Below, one piece after another: positions 1-12,357 of a stretch of DNA of 64,000 nt. Location: assembly GCA_014905635.1 (NCBI GenBank), contig JABVCE010000016.1, forward strand, positions 682,001 to 746,000, written 5' to 3'. Positions within the stretch are counted from its first letter, which is position 1, and the number at the start of each line of letters is the position of its first letter. Below the pieces are notes generated by a model. It was not told where the DNA came from. It was given only the letters and a program-made list of their open reading frames with translations, and did not search any database. The DNA comes from Scenedesmus sp. PABB004. Lineage: Eukaryota. The position numbers and the translations under genes were made by a program.

Positions 1-349
1 GCCGGCGCGCGGCGGAGGCAGGGCCGCGGGGATCGGAGCGGGCGCGCCGAGACTGGGCGGACGCGGTGGATGGCCGGAGGCCGAGCGTGAGGCGGATGAC
101 GGCGGCGCAGGGCTCAGCAGCAGCGGCGGTCACCGAGCGCATGGGGATGCCGGGGGGCTCAGCAGCGGGCGCAAACGCATCAGCAGTCACCTCAGGCACC
201 GTCCACGCAACACGGCGCGGTACCGCTGCGGCCCACGGCGCCGACCGCCGCGCCGCGCCGGGCCCCGCGCGCGCACCCTCGCGTGCCCCAGCAGGCCCGC
301 CGCCCAGGTCTTGCCGCCGCCCCAGCGCCCCACCTCCCAGCCGCGCTCG

Positions 350-1668
350 TCACGAAAAGTTGACGCAGGACTCGTAGGTCGGCACCTGCGCCGCGGCGGC
401 GCCGGCGGGTCGGCCGGCCGCTCGCCCCGCACCGCGCACACCCCGCCGCGCCGAATCTCTCGCTGCGCTGCGCTGCTGCTGCTGCTGCTGCGCGCCGGCC
501 GCCGCACCATGTATTTGATGTTGATGAACGCGTCCTCGCCGCCCCGCTGCTCGAGCAGCGCGAGCGTGTCGGCGATGAGCTCGCCGAGGCAGTCGTACTG
601 CTGCTGCCCGTAGTCGATCCCGTCGCCGAGGTTCTTGTTCCTGCGAGCGCGCGCCGCGGCGCGCGGCGCAGCGTCGGCCGCCCCGCGGCCGCCGCGCGCC
701 GGGCCCGGCCCGGCCCGCCGGCCCGCCGGGCCAGCGGCGCCGCCGCCGGTCAACGCCGGCGCCGCCGCGCGGCGGCCCGCGCGCGCGCGGGCACGGCCGC
801 GCCGCGCACCTGGTAATGTAGAGGTTGAAGATCGGCAGCAGCTGGCGGTAGTAGGGCACGAGCGCCTGCCCCACCAGCTCGCCGCTCAGCACCAGCTTCT
901 GCAGCAGCTGCGCGCGGCGGACGCGCGCGGCCGGCCGCGCGGCGGGCGCGGGGGACGCGGCGTCGGCGCAGGCGCCGCGCGCGGGGGGCCCACCCATCCC
1001 TGCCTCCCTCCCCGCTGGACCAGGCCCGGGCCCGCCGCGCGGGCCGCGCGCGCGCGCGCCTGCAGGCAGACGGCGATGACCGCGGGGTCGCGCGTGTTGA
1101 GCGCCGTCTTGATTGGGATGATGAGCTGAGGGATGACCGGCAGCACGCGCGACCCGCCTGCGCGGACGCGCACGCCGAAGGCGGCGGGCCAAGGGCCAGC
1201 CCGGCGGCGGCGGCGGCGGCGGCGGCGGCGCGGCGCGTCAGCGCGGCGCGGAGGAGCTGGGCCGCCGCCGCCGCCGAGCGCCGCCGCCGCGTGCGGCAGC
1301 CGCTGCCGCGCGGCCCCGCCGCCTCCCGCCGCCGCCACGGCCCGGCCGCCTCGCCCGGCCGCCCGGCCGCCCCTCCTGGCGCCGGCGGCTGCCCCGCACC
1401 TGCTGCGAGCAGGTCCTCCACGCCCTTGATGGCGAGGAAGCGGCAGGGGTCGGATGCCTCGCGGATGCCGTCGAAGAAGATGGGCAGGTAGTGGTGGTAG
1501 TCGAGCTTGTCAAGGTCAACCTGCGCGTGCGTGTGTGTGGGTGGGTGGGTGTGGCGTGCGTGTGCTGTGTGTGCGTGCGTGCGTGGCCCTTGTGCACAGG
1601 GGCACGCGCGAGCTGGGCCGCGCGAGCCGGGGCTGCGGCGGCGACCGCGTGCGCGTGCGCGTGCGCGT

Positions 1669-1715
<47 letters not shown>

Positions 1716-2487
1716 TGCGCGGGCGCGGGCGCGCGCCTTCCACTTGATCGCGTTCTTGAACGACTTGTGGTCCACCGCGATGGGCAGGTCGCCGCGCTCG
1801 TAGAAGCGCCGAAAGGCGGTGTTGGGCGGGTTGGCGCGCGGCTCGAGCGCGCCCGCGCGCGGCGGGCTCGGCGGCGCCTGCTGCGCGGCCTTGGGCGACC
1901 CTGCGGCGCAGCCGCCGGCCCCGCCCTTGCCGGGCGAAGAGGGGCTGGCGGCACGCGCCGCCGCCGCGCGCGCGGCGTCGCCCTCGCCCCGCAGCAGGAA
2001 GGCCTTCGGGTCGGGCTTGGGCGAGGCGTGCCTGCGCGCGCGCGCGCGCGCGCGCGCGTCGCGGCTGCTCGGCTGCGTGCACACACAGGGGGGAGAGGCG
2101 CGCGGCGCGGCCCCTCCTGCTGCCGCCGCCGCAGGCGGGCCGCGCGCCTGTACTGCGCCGTCGCCCGCGACCATCGCGGCAGCGCCTGGGGCCCGACAGC
2201 GAGCGGCTGGTGCGCGCCCGCGCGCGCCTCGCTGGGCGCCGTCTGGTCGAAGCACTGCGGCGCGCGCGCGCGCGCGCGCGCGCGCGCGCACGGCGGTCGG
2301 CGCGCGCGGCGGGCGGCAGGCAGGGCCGCGCACGCCGGCCGGGGCGCAGGGCGGCGAGAGCGCGGCGCTTGCCGCCGGCGCGCACCGAGCCCGTGCCGCT
2401 GAGGTTGTGCGCCGCCGGCTCCTGGCCCTTTATCTTGACGTTGCGGTACATGCTCGTGAAGAGCGCGCCCGCCACGTCCTTGTTCAT
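350..2487 (-). CDS. PACRG: Parkin co-regulated gene protein (axonemal inner-junction protein), 9 exons
   Basis: The spliced model reads [18 protein letters not shown]...[20 protein letters not shown]...[16 protein letters not shown]...[18 protein letters not shown]...[18 protein letters not shown]...[23 protein letters not shown]. Exons approx. 2487-2386, 2255-2229, 2186-2149 (small exons +/-1 nt), 2031-1737, 1520-1400, 1157-1060, 907-810, 640-508, 385-350, with consistent phases. Confidence 0.96.
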
Positions 2488-2981
2488 GGCGCCGCGCTCG
2501 TCCAACACGCGCGCCTGCGCGGCGGCGGCCGCGCCGCGGCGCTGCTGTCGGCGCGCGCGCGCGCCGCGGCTGCGCGGCTGCTGAGCCAGACGCAGAACCA
2601 GGCAGGGCTCGCGAGGGCGCGGGGGTCGAGAGCGGGGGCAGGGCCAGGGCGGGCCGGCGGCGCCGCAGAGCCGCGCTCGCTGACCTTGCGAATGCGCGGC
2701 GCTCGGCCGGCGTGGCTCTTCACGCTGGCCGCGACTGGGCAGCGGACGCTGGTCTCGAGCGAGTAATGCGCGCCGCGGGGCGGGGCGGGCGCTCGGTGCG
2801 CCGTCGCCTGGCGGTGCAAGCGTTCTGACGGCGGGCGCCGCACCGCCACGGCCATCACGCTCCCGCGCTGCGCCACACTCCGCGACCGCCTCGCCCCGCC
2901 CTCAACCCACGCGCGCCGCTGCGCCGCCACCGCCGCCGCGCCGCCGCGCCGCCGTCGTCGCCGCCCCGCCGTCGCCGCACG

Positions 2982-3357
2982 ATGGACCGCGAGTTCGTCG
3001 AGAAGCGCAAGGAGGAGGTGGCGCAGGAGGTGCGGCCCGGCGCCGCGTGCGCCACGCTGCCGCCTGCCCCGAGCGCGGCGCCGCGCGCTGCACGCCACAC
3101 AGCGCGCTGAGCGCCCCCGCGCCCGCGCCCGCGCCCGCTGTGCCTCTCCCCCTCGCGCGCTCCCTCGCCCTCCCACCCCACGCCAGAAATTCGGCAAGTC
3201 CTTTGACGAGCTGCCGCCCGAGGACCGCGTGCGCGTGGGCGGCACCGTGGGCGGCGGCCTGCGCGGCGGCGATTTGGCCGACCCCGAACGCGCGCCTGAG
3301 CCGCCCAAGGTGCAGTTCGGCGAGGACAACCCCGCGCCTGGCGGCGGCGACGCGTGA
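2982..3357 (+). CDS. Small hydrophilic 72-aa protein (possible LEA/KGG-like stress protein); absent from the ORF track
   Basis: join(2982..3029,3187..3357) with a GT-AG intron gives MDREFVEKRKEEVAQEKFGKSFDELPPEDRVRVGGTVGGGLRGGDLADPERAPEPPKVQFGEDNPAPGGGDA*, with strong G/C third-position bias. The family call is tentative. Confidence 0.75.
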
Positions 3358-3434
3358 GCCGGATTCGCGTTGAGGAGGGAGTTGCGGCGCGGCTGGCTGA
3401 ACGTTGCAACGCGCGCCCGCCGCGCGCGCCGCGC

Positions 3435-5489
3435 TCAGCCGCCGCCGAGCGGGTCGCCGCGCAGCGCGAGCAGCTCGGCGCGCGCCTCCAGCTCGGCGAC
3501 CAGCTCCGCGACGCCCCGGCCGGGCAGCACGCGCGGGTACATGGCGCGCAGCGCGCGCGCGAGCCGGGCGAGCTGCGGCGCCGACAGGCGGCCGCCCCAG
3601 CGGCGCACGCACGTCACGACGCCGGACAGCACCTCCGGGTCGAGCGGCAGCCCGAGCGCCGCCAGCGCGTCGAGCAGCGGCAGCACGTGCCCCGGCTCCA
3701 TGGCCCGCCCCTCGACGCGCAGCCGCGCGGCGAGCTCATACTCCCACGCCGCGTACGGGCGCAGCCGCAGCGCGCCCAGCGTCGCGACGGCGAGCGCGAG
3801 CCCCGGCCCACGCAGGCCCGGCAGCAGCGCGTGCGTGCGCGCGAGCAGCGCGTCGCACCACTCGGCGCGGCCGCCGAGCGCGCCGGGCGGCGCGAGCGCC
3901 GCGAGCGTCGCCGCGGCGACGACCGTGTCCTGCGCGCCGCCCGCCGGCAGCAGCAGCCGCGCCTGCATCAGCACCGGCTGCAGCGCGCGCGCCGGCCAGG
4001 GCGCGGACGTCAGCGCCGCGAGCGCCGGCAGCGCCGCCGCGAGCTGGGCGAGCTTGAAGTCGGGCAGCTGCCGCTGGAACGACGCCACCAGCGGCAGCAG
4101 CCACGCGGCGGCGCCGCTGGCGGCGCCGCTGTCGCCGCCGCCGCCCGGCTCGGCCGGGAGCGCGAGCGGCAGGCCGCCGAGCGCGGCCGCCGCCTCCGGG
4201 TCGTGCGCCAGCTCGCGGTGCAGCGCGGCGGCCGCCTGCAGCACCTGCGCGAGCTGCAGCGGCCGCAGGCTGCGCGCCTCGCGCCCCGCCGCCGCGAGGT
4301 AGTGGCGCGCCCAGTCGCCGTCGACGCCGGCGCTGGTGCCGGCGTCAGCGCCGACTGGGCGCGCCGCCACCTCGCCGGCGCCGGCGCTGGCGGCGCTACC
4401 CGGCCGCGCGAGCAGCGCCGGCGCCGCGGCGGGGGCGCCGCCGCCGCCGCCGCCGGCGCCGTTGCCGCCGACCGAGCGCTCAAGCAGCGCCAGCGCTGCC
4501 ACGCAGGGGTCGTCCGGCGCGCCGCGCGCGTGCAGGAGGAACGAGGCGAGGCTCGCCAGCTGACCGCCGCGCATGTCGGCGAGGTGCGGCCGCGCGGCCT
4601 CGACAAACGCGGCGCGCCACTCGGGGCTCAGCGGGTGGTCCAGGTAGACAAAACCCTGCACCAGCTGGCCCAGCTGGTTGGCGCTGAAGCCGCGCGCCGC
4701 GGCGGCGCCGCCGCCGCGCCGCGGGCCCCGCGCCGGGCCGCCCCGCGCCCCACCGGCGGCGCCGCCGCCGCCGCCGCCGCCAGCTGCGCTGCCGGCGCGG
4801 CGCAGCAGCGCCAGCGAGGCCGCCTCGAGCGCCGGCACGAGCCGGGGGTCATACACTCGGAGGGCGCCGAGGCTGAACGCGGCGGCGGCGAGCTTGGTTG
4901 GCGGCTGCGCCGCGAGCGCCGCCGGGAGCGCGGCGGCGCCGTTGGCGCCGTCGGCGCCGCCGCCGGCGGGCGGCGACGAGAGCAACGCGCGCGCGAGCCG
5001 CCGCGCCACGCCGGCCGCGGCGCCGCGCGCGGCCGCCTCGTACGCGCGGGCCTCGGCCGCGCCGTGCGGCCGCGGCGCGGTGGCGAGCAGCTGCAGCGCG
5101 ATGACCAGCTCGCCCGGGGTGCCCGGCAGCGCCGCCGCGACGGCGACGGGGTCGGCCGCCAGGTCAGCGGCGACGAGCGCCGCCCGCACGCGCGCCTGGG
5201 CCGCCGCGTAAGCGCCGTCGCCGCTGCTGGTGCGCGGGCGCGTCTGCTCGCGCTGCCGCTGCTGGCGCTGATTCTGCTCCTGCCGCTCCTGCTGCTGCTG
5301 ACCCACCTGCTGCTGCTTCTGGCGCTCGGGTCGGTGCTCCGCAGGCTCGCTCAGCGACCAGCCGAGCCCGCCGCCGCTGCCTGCGTCGCCGCCGGCGCGC
5401 GGGAGGCGCGGAAGCTGTGCCCTCGTGGCAAAGGAGCGCGCCAGCTCCCCCCGGCCGGGCAGGCGCGGGCGTGCGGCGCTCGCGTGCAT
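3435..5489 (-). CDS. Organelle-targeted helical-repeat (OPR-like) RNA-binding protein, intronless
   Basis: ATG at 5489 starts an Arg/Ala/Ser-rich transit-like N-terminus (MHASAARPRLPGRGELARSFATRAQ). Degenerate OPR-like repeats include FSANQLGQLVQGFVYLDHPLSPEW, LRPLQLAQVLQAAA, FKLAQLAAALPALAAL and LSAPQLARLARAL. Confidence 0.75.
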   Translation of the reverse strand: MHASAARPRLPGRGELARSFATRAQLPRLPRAGGDAGSGGGLGWSLSEPAEHRPERQKQQQVGQQQQERQEQNQRQQRQREQTRPRTSSGDGAYAAAQARVRAALVAADLAADPVAVAAALPGTPGELVIALQLLATAPRPHGAAEARAYEAAARGAAAGVARRLARALLSSPPAGGGADGANGAAALPAALAAQPPTKLAAAAFSLGALRVYDPRLVPALEAASLALLRRAGSAAGGGGGGGAAGGARGGPARGPRRGGGAAAARGFSANQLGQLVQGFVYLDHPLSPEWRAAFVEAARPHLADMRGGQLASLASFLLHARGAPDDPCVAALALLERSVGGNGAGGGGGGAPAAAPALLARPGSAASAGAGEVAARPVGADAGTSAGVDGDWARHYLAAAGREARSLRPLQLAQVLQAAAALHRELAHDPEAAAALGGLPLALPAEPGGGGDSGAASGAAAWLLPLVASFQRQLPDFKLAQLAAALPALAALTSAPWPARALQPVLMQARLLLPAGGAQDTVVAAATLAALAPPGALGGRAEWCDALLARTHALLPGLRGPGLALAVATLGALRLRPYAAWEYELAARLRVEGRAMEPGHVLPLLDALAALGLPLDPEVLSGVVTCVRRWGGRLSAPQLARLARALRAMYPRVLPGRGVAELVAELEARAELLALRGDPLGGG

Positions 5490-5859
5490 CGCGCCGCTCG
5501 GTCGACGGCAGTGGCGGTCAGTCGCCGACGGCGCACAGGGGCAAGCACCTCCCCCCGGGCACGGCGAGCCGCGGGTGCGGCCGGGGGCGCTGTGGGGGCA
5601 GCAGCTGCACCGCGCCGGTGCCGGCACGCGCGGCGAGCGGCGCCGCCGCCGTCGGCGGCGCAGCGCGTCGTTCAACCGCGCGCTGCCGCCGCGGCGCCGC
5701 GCGGCGCCGCTGCTGGCGCGACTGGCGGCTCAGAGCCGTCCCTCACGAACACCCGCAGGCGCGCGTTGGGGCGCGCGCGAGGACGGGCGACACCGGGCCG
5801 CGCGCGCGGGCGCCCCCGGGCCTCGCGCTGCCCATGGTCGGGACGCCGTGAGCGCTGTC

Positions 5860-8800
5860 ATGCGGCAGGCGCCGCTGCAGCGCCTGCTCGCCGGACTGCC
5901 AGGTGGCAAGGGGCGGCCATCACCGGTGTGCTGCTGCTGCTGCTGCCACGCACCGCGCCGCGCTTGCCGGGCGCGCTCACCGTCGCCCCGGCTGCTCCCG
6001 TCTCCGCCAGGCGCCTGAGCTGCTCGCGAGCTGCGCTGGCGGCGGCAGCAGCAGTGGCGGCAGCAGCGCCGCGTTCAGCGGCGGCCCGCCCGGCGCCGGC
6101 GATGGCGGCGAGCCGCCGCCCGGCAGCGGCACCGGCATGCTGCGGTCTCTGGTGCAGGAGATCGTGGAAGCCCACGCTGCGCCGGCCGCGGCGCCGGCCG
6201 CCGCAGCCGCCGCCGCGCCGGCCGCCGCGGCCGCCGCCCCGCCGGCGCAGCCGCAGGCGCCGCCGCGTCAGCCGGAGCCCGCCGCCGCGCCGGCGCCCGA
6301 CGTCCGGCGGCCGGCCGTGCCCGGCGGTGCCGTGAGCATGCGCCAGGCGCTGGCGGAGCGGCTGGCAGAGGAGCAGGCGGCGCGCGTGCAGGAGGCGGCG
6401 GCGGCGGCGCAGCGCCTCGCGCTGCAGCAGCAGATGGCGCGGCTGCAGGACGAGCAGGCAGCGCGGCAGCCACCGGCCAAGCCCAAGCCTAAGCCGCCCA
6501 AGCCCAAGCCGGCGGCGACGCGCCCGGGCGCGCCGCCGCCGCCGCCGCTGAGCGCGCTGCTGGTGCAGCCGGCGCTGCCGCCGCCAGGGCTGCCGCAGTC
6601 GCCCGCGGCGGCGCGCTTGGCGCAGCTGATGGAGCAGGACCAGGCGGCACGAGAGCAGGGCGCGGCGGCGGCAGCGGCCGCCGTGGCCGCCGCTGCCGCG
6701 CGGGCGGAGCAGCTGTCCCTGGTCGGGCCGGGCGGCGGGGCCGCCGCGGAGGCTGCTGGCGCGCTGCGCGCGCAGTGGCCGCGGCGCCTCGCCGCGCCGC
6801 CGGGCCGGCAGGAGGCGCTGCGCCGGCAGCTGGCGCAGCAGCAGCAGGTGCAGGCGGCGCAGTGGGACTGCAGCCTGCTGCCCGGCCTCGTCCAGAACAT
6901 GCTGCTGCAGCACGGCGCGGTGGCGGCAGCCCAGGCGGCCGCCGCCACGGCTGGCGCGAGCAGTAGCAAGGACGGCAGCAGCGGCGGCGGCGGCGACACA
7001 GGCGGCGGCAGCGGCAGCAGCGCCGGCGCGGCGCGGTCGCTCGGCGAGGTCGTGCAGGCGGCATGGCCCGAGCTCGTCGCGCCGGAGCCGCCGGAGCAGG
7101 AGGGCGCCGACGAGAGTCAGCCGGCAGCGGCGCACGCCGCGCTGCTGGGCGGAGAGAGCAGCGACGCTGCCGCCATCGACGCGCTGGAGCTTGAGCTTGA
7201 GCGGCTGCTTGATGTGGAGCTCAGCGCCGCAGACGCGGACGGCGCGCAGTCGGGCGCAGCGCCTGGGCTGACGGCTGCAGATGCAGCTGTGGAGGCCGCC
7301 TGGGCCGGCGGCGGCGGCGGCCTGGCTTGCGGCGAGGACGGCGCAGACGCCGCCGGTCCTGATGAGGGTCCGGAGCTGGCAGAGGCGGCTGCGTGGTGGC
7401 CGGACGGCGGCGCCTGCTCCAGCTGGGGGCTGGAGCAGCCGCCGCAGCAGCCGGACCTGGCGTGGCCGAGCCACCTGCGGTTGCTGACCGCCGTGCAGTG
7501 GTACACGTTGCAGCTGGAGGGGGAGGCGTCCCCGCCGCAGCTCCTTCTGAGCCGCGCCGGGCGCGGCGGGCTGCGCGTGACGCCGGCGGGGAGCGTGCCC
7601 CGGTTTGCCTGGATGTTTGCCGGCAGCGGCGGCGGCCTCGACGCCGGCGGCGGCGGCGGCAGCCAGGGCCTGGCCTACGTGCTGGACAGCCTCGAGCCGC
7701 GCTGGCGCTTCGAGCTGCTGGCCGGCGACAGCAGCAGCAGGGCCTGGCCGCAGGAGGGCGCGGCAGCAGCCGCGCCGCGCCAGCAGCCGGCCGCGGCCGG
7801 CGCGGCGGCGGCGGCGCAGCAGCAGCAGCAGTCTGCCAGGGCGCAGCCGCAGCCACAGCCTGCGGCCCACGATGACGGCGGCATGGTTGGCTTTGCGCTG
7901 GAGGCTTTCGCGGCTCTGCTGGGCGTGAAAACGCCCCAGCAGCAGCAGCAGGAGCAGCGCGCGGAGCAGGAGCTGCCGCTCGACGTGCGGCTGGAGCTGT
8001 TGGAGGGGCACCACGCGGGTGAGCATCGCGATCAGCTGGAGCAGTCAGGAGAGCAGCTGGAGCAGCTGGAGCAGCTGGAGCAGCGGCAGGCGCTGGCGTG
8101 CGCCGTCGGCAGCCAGCCGCCGCAGCGCGGCCCGTCCGCGACCAAGCTCGAGACCGCACCGGTGCTGGTGGCGGCGCAGCACGCGCTGCTGTCGGAGGAG
8201 GAGCTGGCGGTCATGGCCAGGGTCTGCCAGCTCGCGCGCGGCACGAGCCTGGAGGCGGCTGCGTGGAGCGAGGCGAGCTGCCAGGCAACGCTGCTGTGGG
8301 ACGGCGCGCTGGTGGAGGACGTCGCGGGCACGGCGGCGGCCGCTGCCGCAACCGCCGCAGCGCGCGCCAGGGCAGGCGGCGGCGCGGCGGTGCGCGGGCC
8401 GGTGCAGCAGCAGGCACAGCCGCATGCGCCGCAGCTGCTGCCCAGGGCGGCACTGTCACGGCGCACGACGCCGGCCGCCGAGGAGCAGGCGCAGGAGGGC
8501 GGCATGTCCCACGCCGTGCCGTCGCTGCAAGAGCAGCAGCACCAGCACCAGCACCAGCACCAGCACCAGCACCAGCACCAGCACCAGCACCAGCACCAGC
8601 ACCAGCACCAGCACCAGCACCAGCACCAGCAGCAGCGCCACACGGACTGGGGCCTGCTGGGGCGCGGCGGACCGAACAGCCTGCAGCGGCTGGTGCCGAG
8701 CCTGGAGTGGTTTGCGCCGCTGCTCTTTGCGGCCTTCTCGGCGCTGCGCCAGCCCGGCGCGCTGGTCGCCGCGCCGCCGACGCCGGCCCTGCTCGCAGCG

Positions 8801-11800
8801 GCGGGCGCGGGCGGCGGCAGCGCGCTGGCGCTCTCGGCGGAGCCACCGTTGGTGCGGGAACCGCCCGGGCGCAGCCGCCGCAGCGTGGTGTTCCCGCCCC
8901 GCGCCGCCGTGGCTTCGGTTGCGGCAGCCCCTTCCCAGGCGAGGGCGCAGCAGGCCGCGGGCGCGGCGGCCGCGCGGTGGCGCTGGCAGGGCGCGCCGCC
9001 GGCGGCCGAGCTCAGCGCGCACCTGGCGACGCTGTTTGAGGGCGGGCAGGGCGCCGGCGAGCTGCTGCACGTGCTGCACACGTATCCACACTACCTGCGG
9101 GCAGACCCGGGCCTCACCGCGCGCCTCGTGGAGGCGGCGGCGCGCACGGTCGGGCCGCGGCCGACTGGCGACGCGGCCAGCGCCGACGCCGGCGCCAGCG
9201 CGCCGCCGCGCGGCTCGCAGCGCGGCGCCGACGGGCGAGCGCCGGCGGAGCAGCAGCAGGCGCTGACGGACGGGGAGCGACCGGAGGCCCTGGCGAGCGG
9301 CGCCGCCAGCGAGCAGCAGCTGTGGGTCGACCTGGTGGACTGGTGCGCTGCCAGCCCGCCGCAGCGCGTCGACCTGGCGGCGCTGTGGCAGCGCGGCGGC
9401 GGCGGCGGCGGCGGCGGTGCGGTGCCACCAGCGCCAGGGGCGCCCACTGACGACGCCGCGCGCGCGAGCAGCATGGCCAGCCTGCTCGCCCTCGCCGCGT
9501 CGCGGCTGGACCTGTTTGGCGGCAGCGCCGCGGCTGCTGCTGCGGCGGAGCGTCCCCCGCTGTCGGCGGCCGAGGAGCGGCTGCAGCTGCTGCTCGCGCG
9601 GCTGCGGAGCGGCGACGTGCTAGGCCGCCTGAGCGCGGCGGAGCTGCTGCAGATGTACGCGAGCCTCGCCCGCTCGCCCAGCCCGCTGGCGGCCTGGCCA
9701 GCGCAGCTGCAGCAGCCCGCCGCCGCGCTCTACGCCGCGACCGTCGCGGCGCTAGCGGGCCGCGCCGGCGGCGCGGGCGGCGCGGCTGCGGTCGCCGAGC
9801 GCTTTGCCGGCTGCGAGGCGGCGCTGCTGCGCGTCGCGCGCGACGCCTGCGCCGCCGCGGCGGTCACGCGCGGCGCCGCAGACCAGCTGCTGCGCCCGCC
9901 CGCGGCGCCGCCCGCGGCGCTCGCGCTGGGGCTGGGCCGGCGCCGCGACGGCGCCGCCGCCGCCGCCGCGCTCGGCGTGAGGCGCTGGCAGCGCGCGGCG
10001 GCGGCGGCGCCCGAGCTCGCGCGCGCGGCGCACGCGGCGGCGGCGCGCGGGCAGCTCCAGCTGCTCGCGGGCGCGCTCACCGCGCTCCTCAACCGCGCCG
10101 GGGGCGGCGACGCCGCCGCGTCCGCGCCGCTCGGCGTCGCGCCTGGCGACCTGGTGGAGCTGCTGCAGGCGCTCGCCGCTGCGCGCGACGCGGCGACCTT
10201 CACCGTCGAGGCCTGCCAGGCAACCGCCGAGGTGCTGCGCGGCGACTTTTCGGGGCTGCTGCGCGGCTCGCAGGCGCTCGTGGACCTGCCGGCCGCCGTC
10301 GTGCGCTGGCTGACGACGCCGCAGCCCGGCGGCGGCGGCAGCGGCAGCGGCGACGCGCGCGTCGCGCCGCTCGCGGCGCTGCCGCCCGACCAGGCGCTCG
10401 CCGCGCTGGTCGCGTGCGACCGTGCCCAGCGCGCCGCGGCGCTGGAGTGCCTGTGGACCGCCACGGCGCCGGCCGCGCCGGGCGGCCCGCCGGCGCCGGT
10501 GCTGCACGGCTGGGGGCTGGGCAGCCTGCTCCGGCTGCTGGAGCTGGCGGGGCCGGAGCGCGAGGCAAAGGACCCCACCCGCGCGCCGCCGGCGCAGCAG
10601 CGCGCGGCGGACTGCGTCGCCGCGGCCGCGGCGGCGCAGGTGCGGCTGCTGGTCGCGCAGCTCGCCCGCGGCGGCGGCGGCGGCGGCGAGCGGCCGCCGC
10701 GCGGCGCGGCGCCGCCGAGCCTGGCGAACGAGGTCGGCGCCGCGGCCGAGGTCGCGCACTGGCTGAGCGTGCGGCGGCAGTACCATCCAGCCCTGCTGGA
10801 CGCGCTGGGGGAGCTGCTCGTCGCGTCGGCGGGGCACCGCGCGCGCACGTTTGTGCCCAAGACCCTCGCCCTGACCGTGCACGCGCTCGCAAACCTCGAC
10901 CACTGCGCGCCCGGCCCCGCCGACGCGGTGCGGCGCTGGGTGAGCGCGCTGCTGAGGCACGCAGCGGTGCCGGTGGTCGCGCGGCTCGCGTGGGCGCTGG
11001 CCGTCATGGACCAGCGCGACGGCAAGACCTGGGCGGACATCCAGGCCGCCGTGTCGCACGCCAAGCTCGCCGAGCTCACCGCCAAGGCGCGGCGCGGGTC
11101 GGCCCGCGCGCGCGGGCACGCCGGCGCCGGCGGCGACGCGGACGGCAGCGAGGCGGCGGCAGCCGCGACCGACAACGTCTGGGGCACGGTGCGCGCGCTG
11201 CTGCTGCCGCGCGCGCGCGCTGCCCCGCCCCGCCCGCGCGCCGCCGAGCGCTGAGCGCCCCCCGCTCCGCCCCCCCCCCCCTCCCCACATTAAAACACAC
11301 CCACCCACCCACCCACACACCCACACCCACACCCACCCACACACAGGCGGTCATGACTCAGCTGCACCAGGCCAGCCTCTTTGTGGAGCGCCGCGTGCCG
11401 GGCCTGGGCCCGCTGCTGCCGCCCGTGCTCGCGCGTGCCGCCGCGGCGGAGTGGAGCCTCGCGACGCAGGAGGTGTCGGTCAGCCAGCTGCAGCGCGACG
11501 TCAGCCACGCCATCAGCGCGCTGCAGGCGCAGCCCGCCGCAAAGGTGCGCGCCGGCGGTGTCGGGCGCTGGGGCGGGCCGGCGCGGCCGCCGACGCCCCG
11601 CTGCCCAGCCCTCCGCCCACCCCCCCCCCCCCCTCTCACACACACGCTCACGCGCACGCGCGCGCTTGGCGCGCAGGTGGGGCGGTACGAGCTGGAGAGC
11701 GGCGCCGCGGGCGCGGCGCAGCGCTCTGTGGACATCATGGTCCAGTGCGGCGGCGCGGCGGTCGTGGTCGAGGTCGACGGCCCACACCACTACGCCATCA

Positions 11801-12210
11801 ACTGGTGCGCGGCCGGCCGCACGGCGGCGCAGCCCGCCCGCCGCACGGCGCGCGCGGGCTGGCCCTCCACGCCGCGCAGCGCGCCGCGCCGCGCGACCCG
11901 CGCCGCCCGCGCGCCGCCGCCGCCGCGCAGCCCGCAGAAGCGCCTCGGCCCGAGCGAGCTGCGCGACCGGCTGCTGCGCGAGGGCGGGCTGGCGGTGCTG
12001 CCGCTGCCGTACTTCGTGCTGGACGTGCTGCTGCGCGAGCCGCCGGGCGTGGTCGCGCGCGAGCTCGAGGCCATGCTGCTGCGCGTCGCCGCCGACGGCG
12101 CGCTGCTCTGGCGCGAGCAGGCGGCGCGCTTCGGGCTGGCGCCGGCGCCGCCGCGCGCCGGCGCCGGCGCGCGCGGCGGCGGCGGCGCCGGCGGCGGCGG
12201 GGCACACTAG
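5860..12210 (+). CDS. Large OPR-like protein with a C-terminal RAP domain
   Basis: Probable first exon 5860-5925, long exon 6011-11188, further exons from 11347 to TAG at 12210. OPR-like repeats (FVPKTLALTVHALANLDH, VARLAWALAVMD) and a RAP core (SVDIMVQCGGAAVVVEVDGPHHYAIN...GPSELRDRLLREGGLAVLPLPYF). The 5' model is uncertain. Confidence 0.8.
8537..8626 (+). repeat. (CAGCAC)15 coding hexanucleotide repeat encoding (Gln-His)15
   Basis: Perfect tandem repeat, in frame in the RAP gene. Confidence 0.95.
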
Positions 12211-12357
12211 CAGGCTGGGCGGTGCGGCGCGCGGGGCCGCCCTCTGTGACTCGCGCGCGCGCGCCGCCGCGGGGCGTTCGTTGCCCGTCCCGGTCACGCG
12301 CCGCCGCCGCTCGCGCTCGCTCGCGCTCGCCCCGCACTCGCCCCAGCGCCTCACACC

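Noticed and set aside
1..142. Possible 5' end of a minus-strand gene (ATG at 142)
   Set aside because: Only 47 codons are visible, with no motif; not supportable.
1630..2290. Long (GC)n/(GCGCGG)n alternating tracts suggesting Z-DNA or hairpins
   Set aside because: Such tracts occur in most introns here and reflect genome-wide composition.
2031..2487. Long N-terminal extension of PACRG as a novelty
   Set aside because: From memory it resembles the N-terminus of Chlamydomonas PACRG, so it is an ordinary chlorophyte feature.
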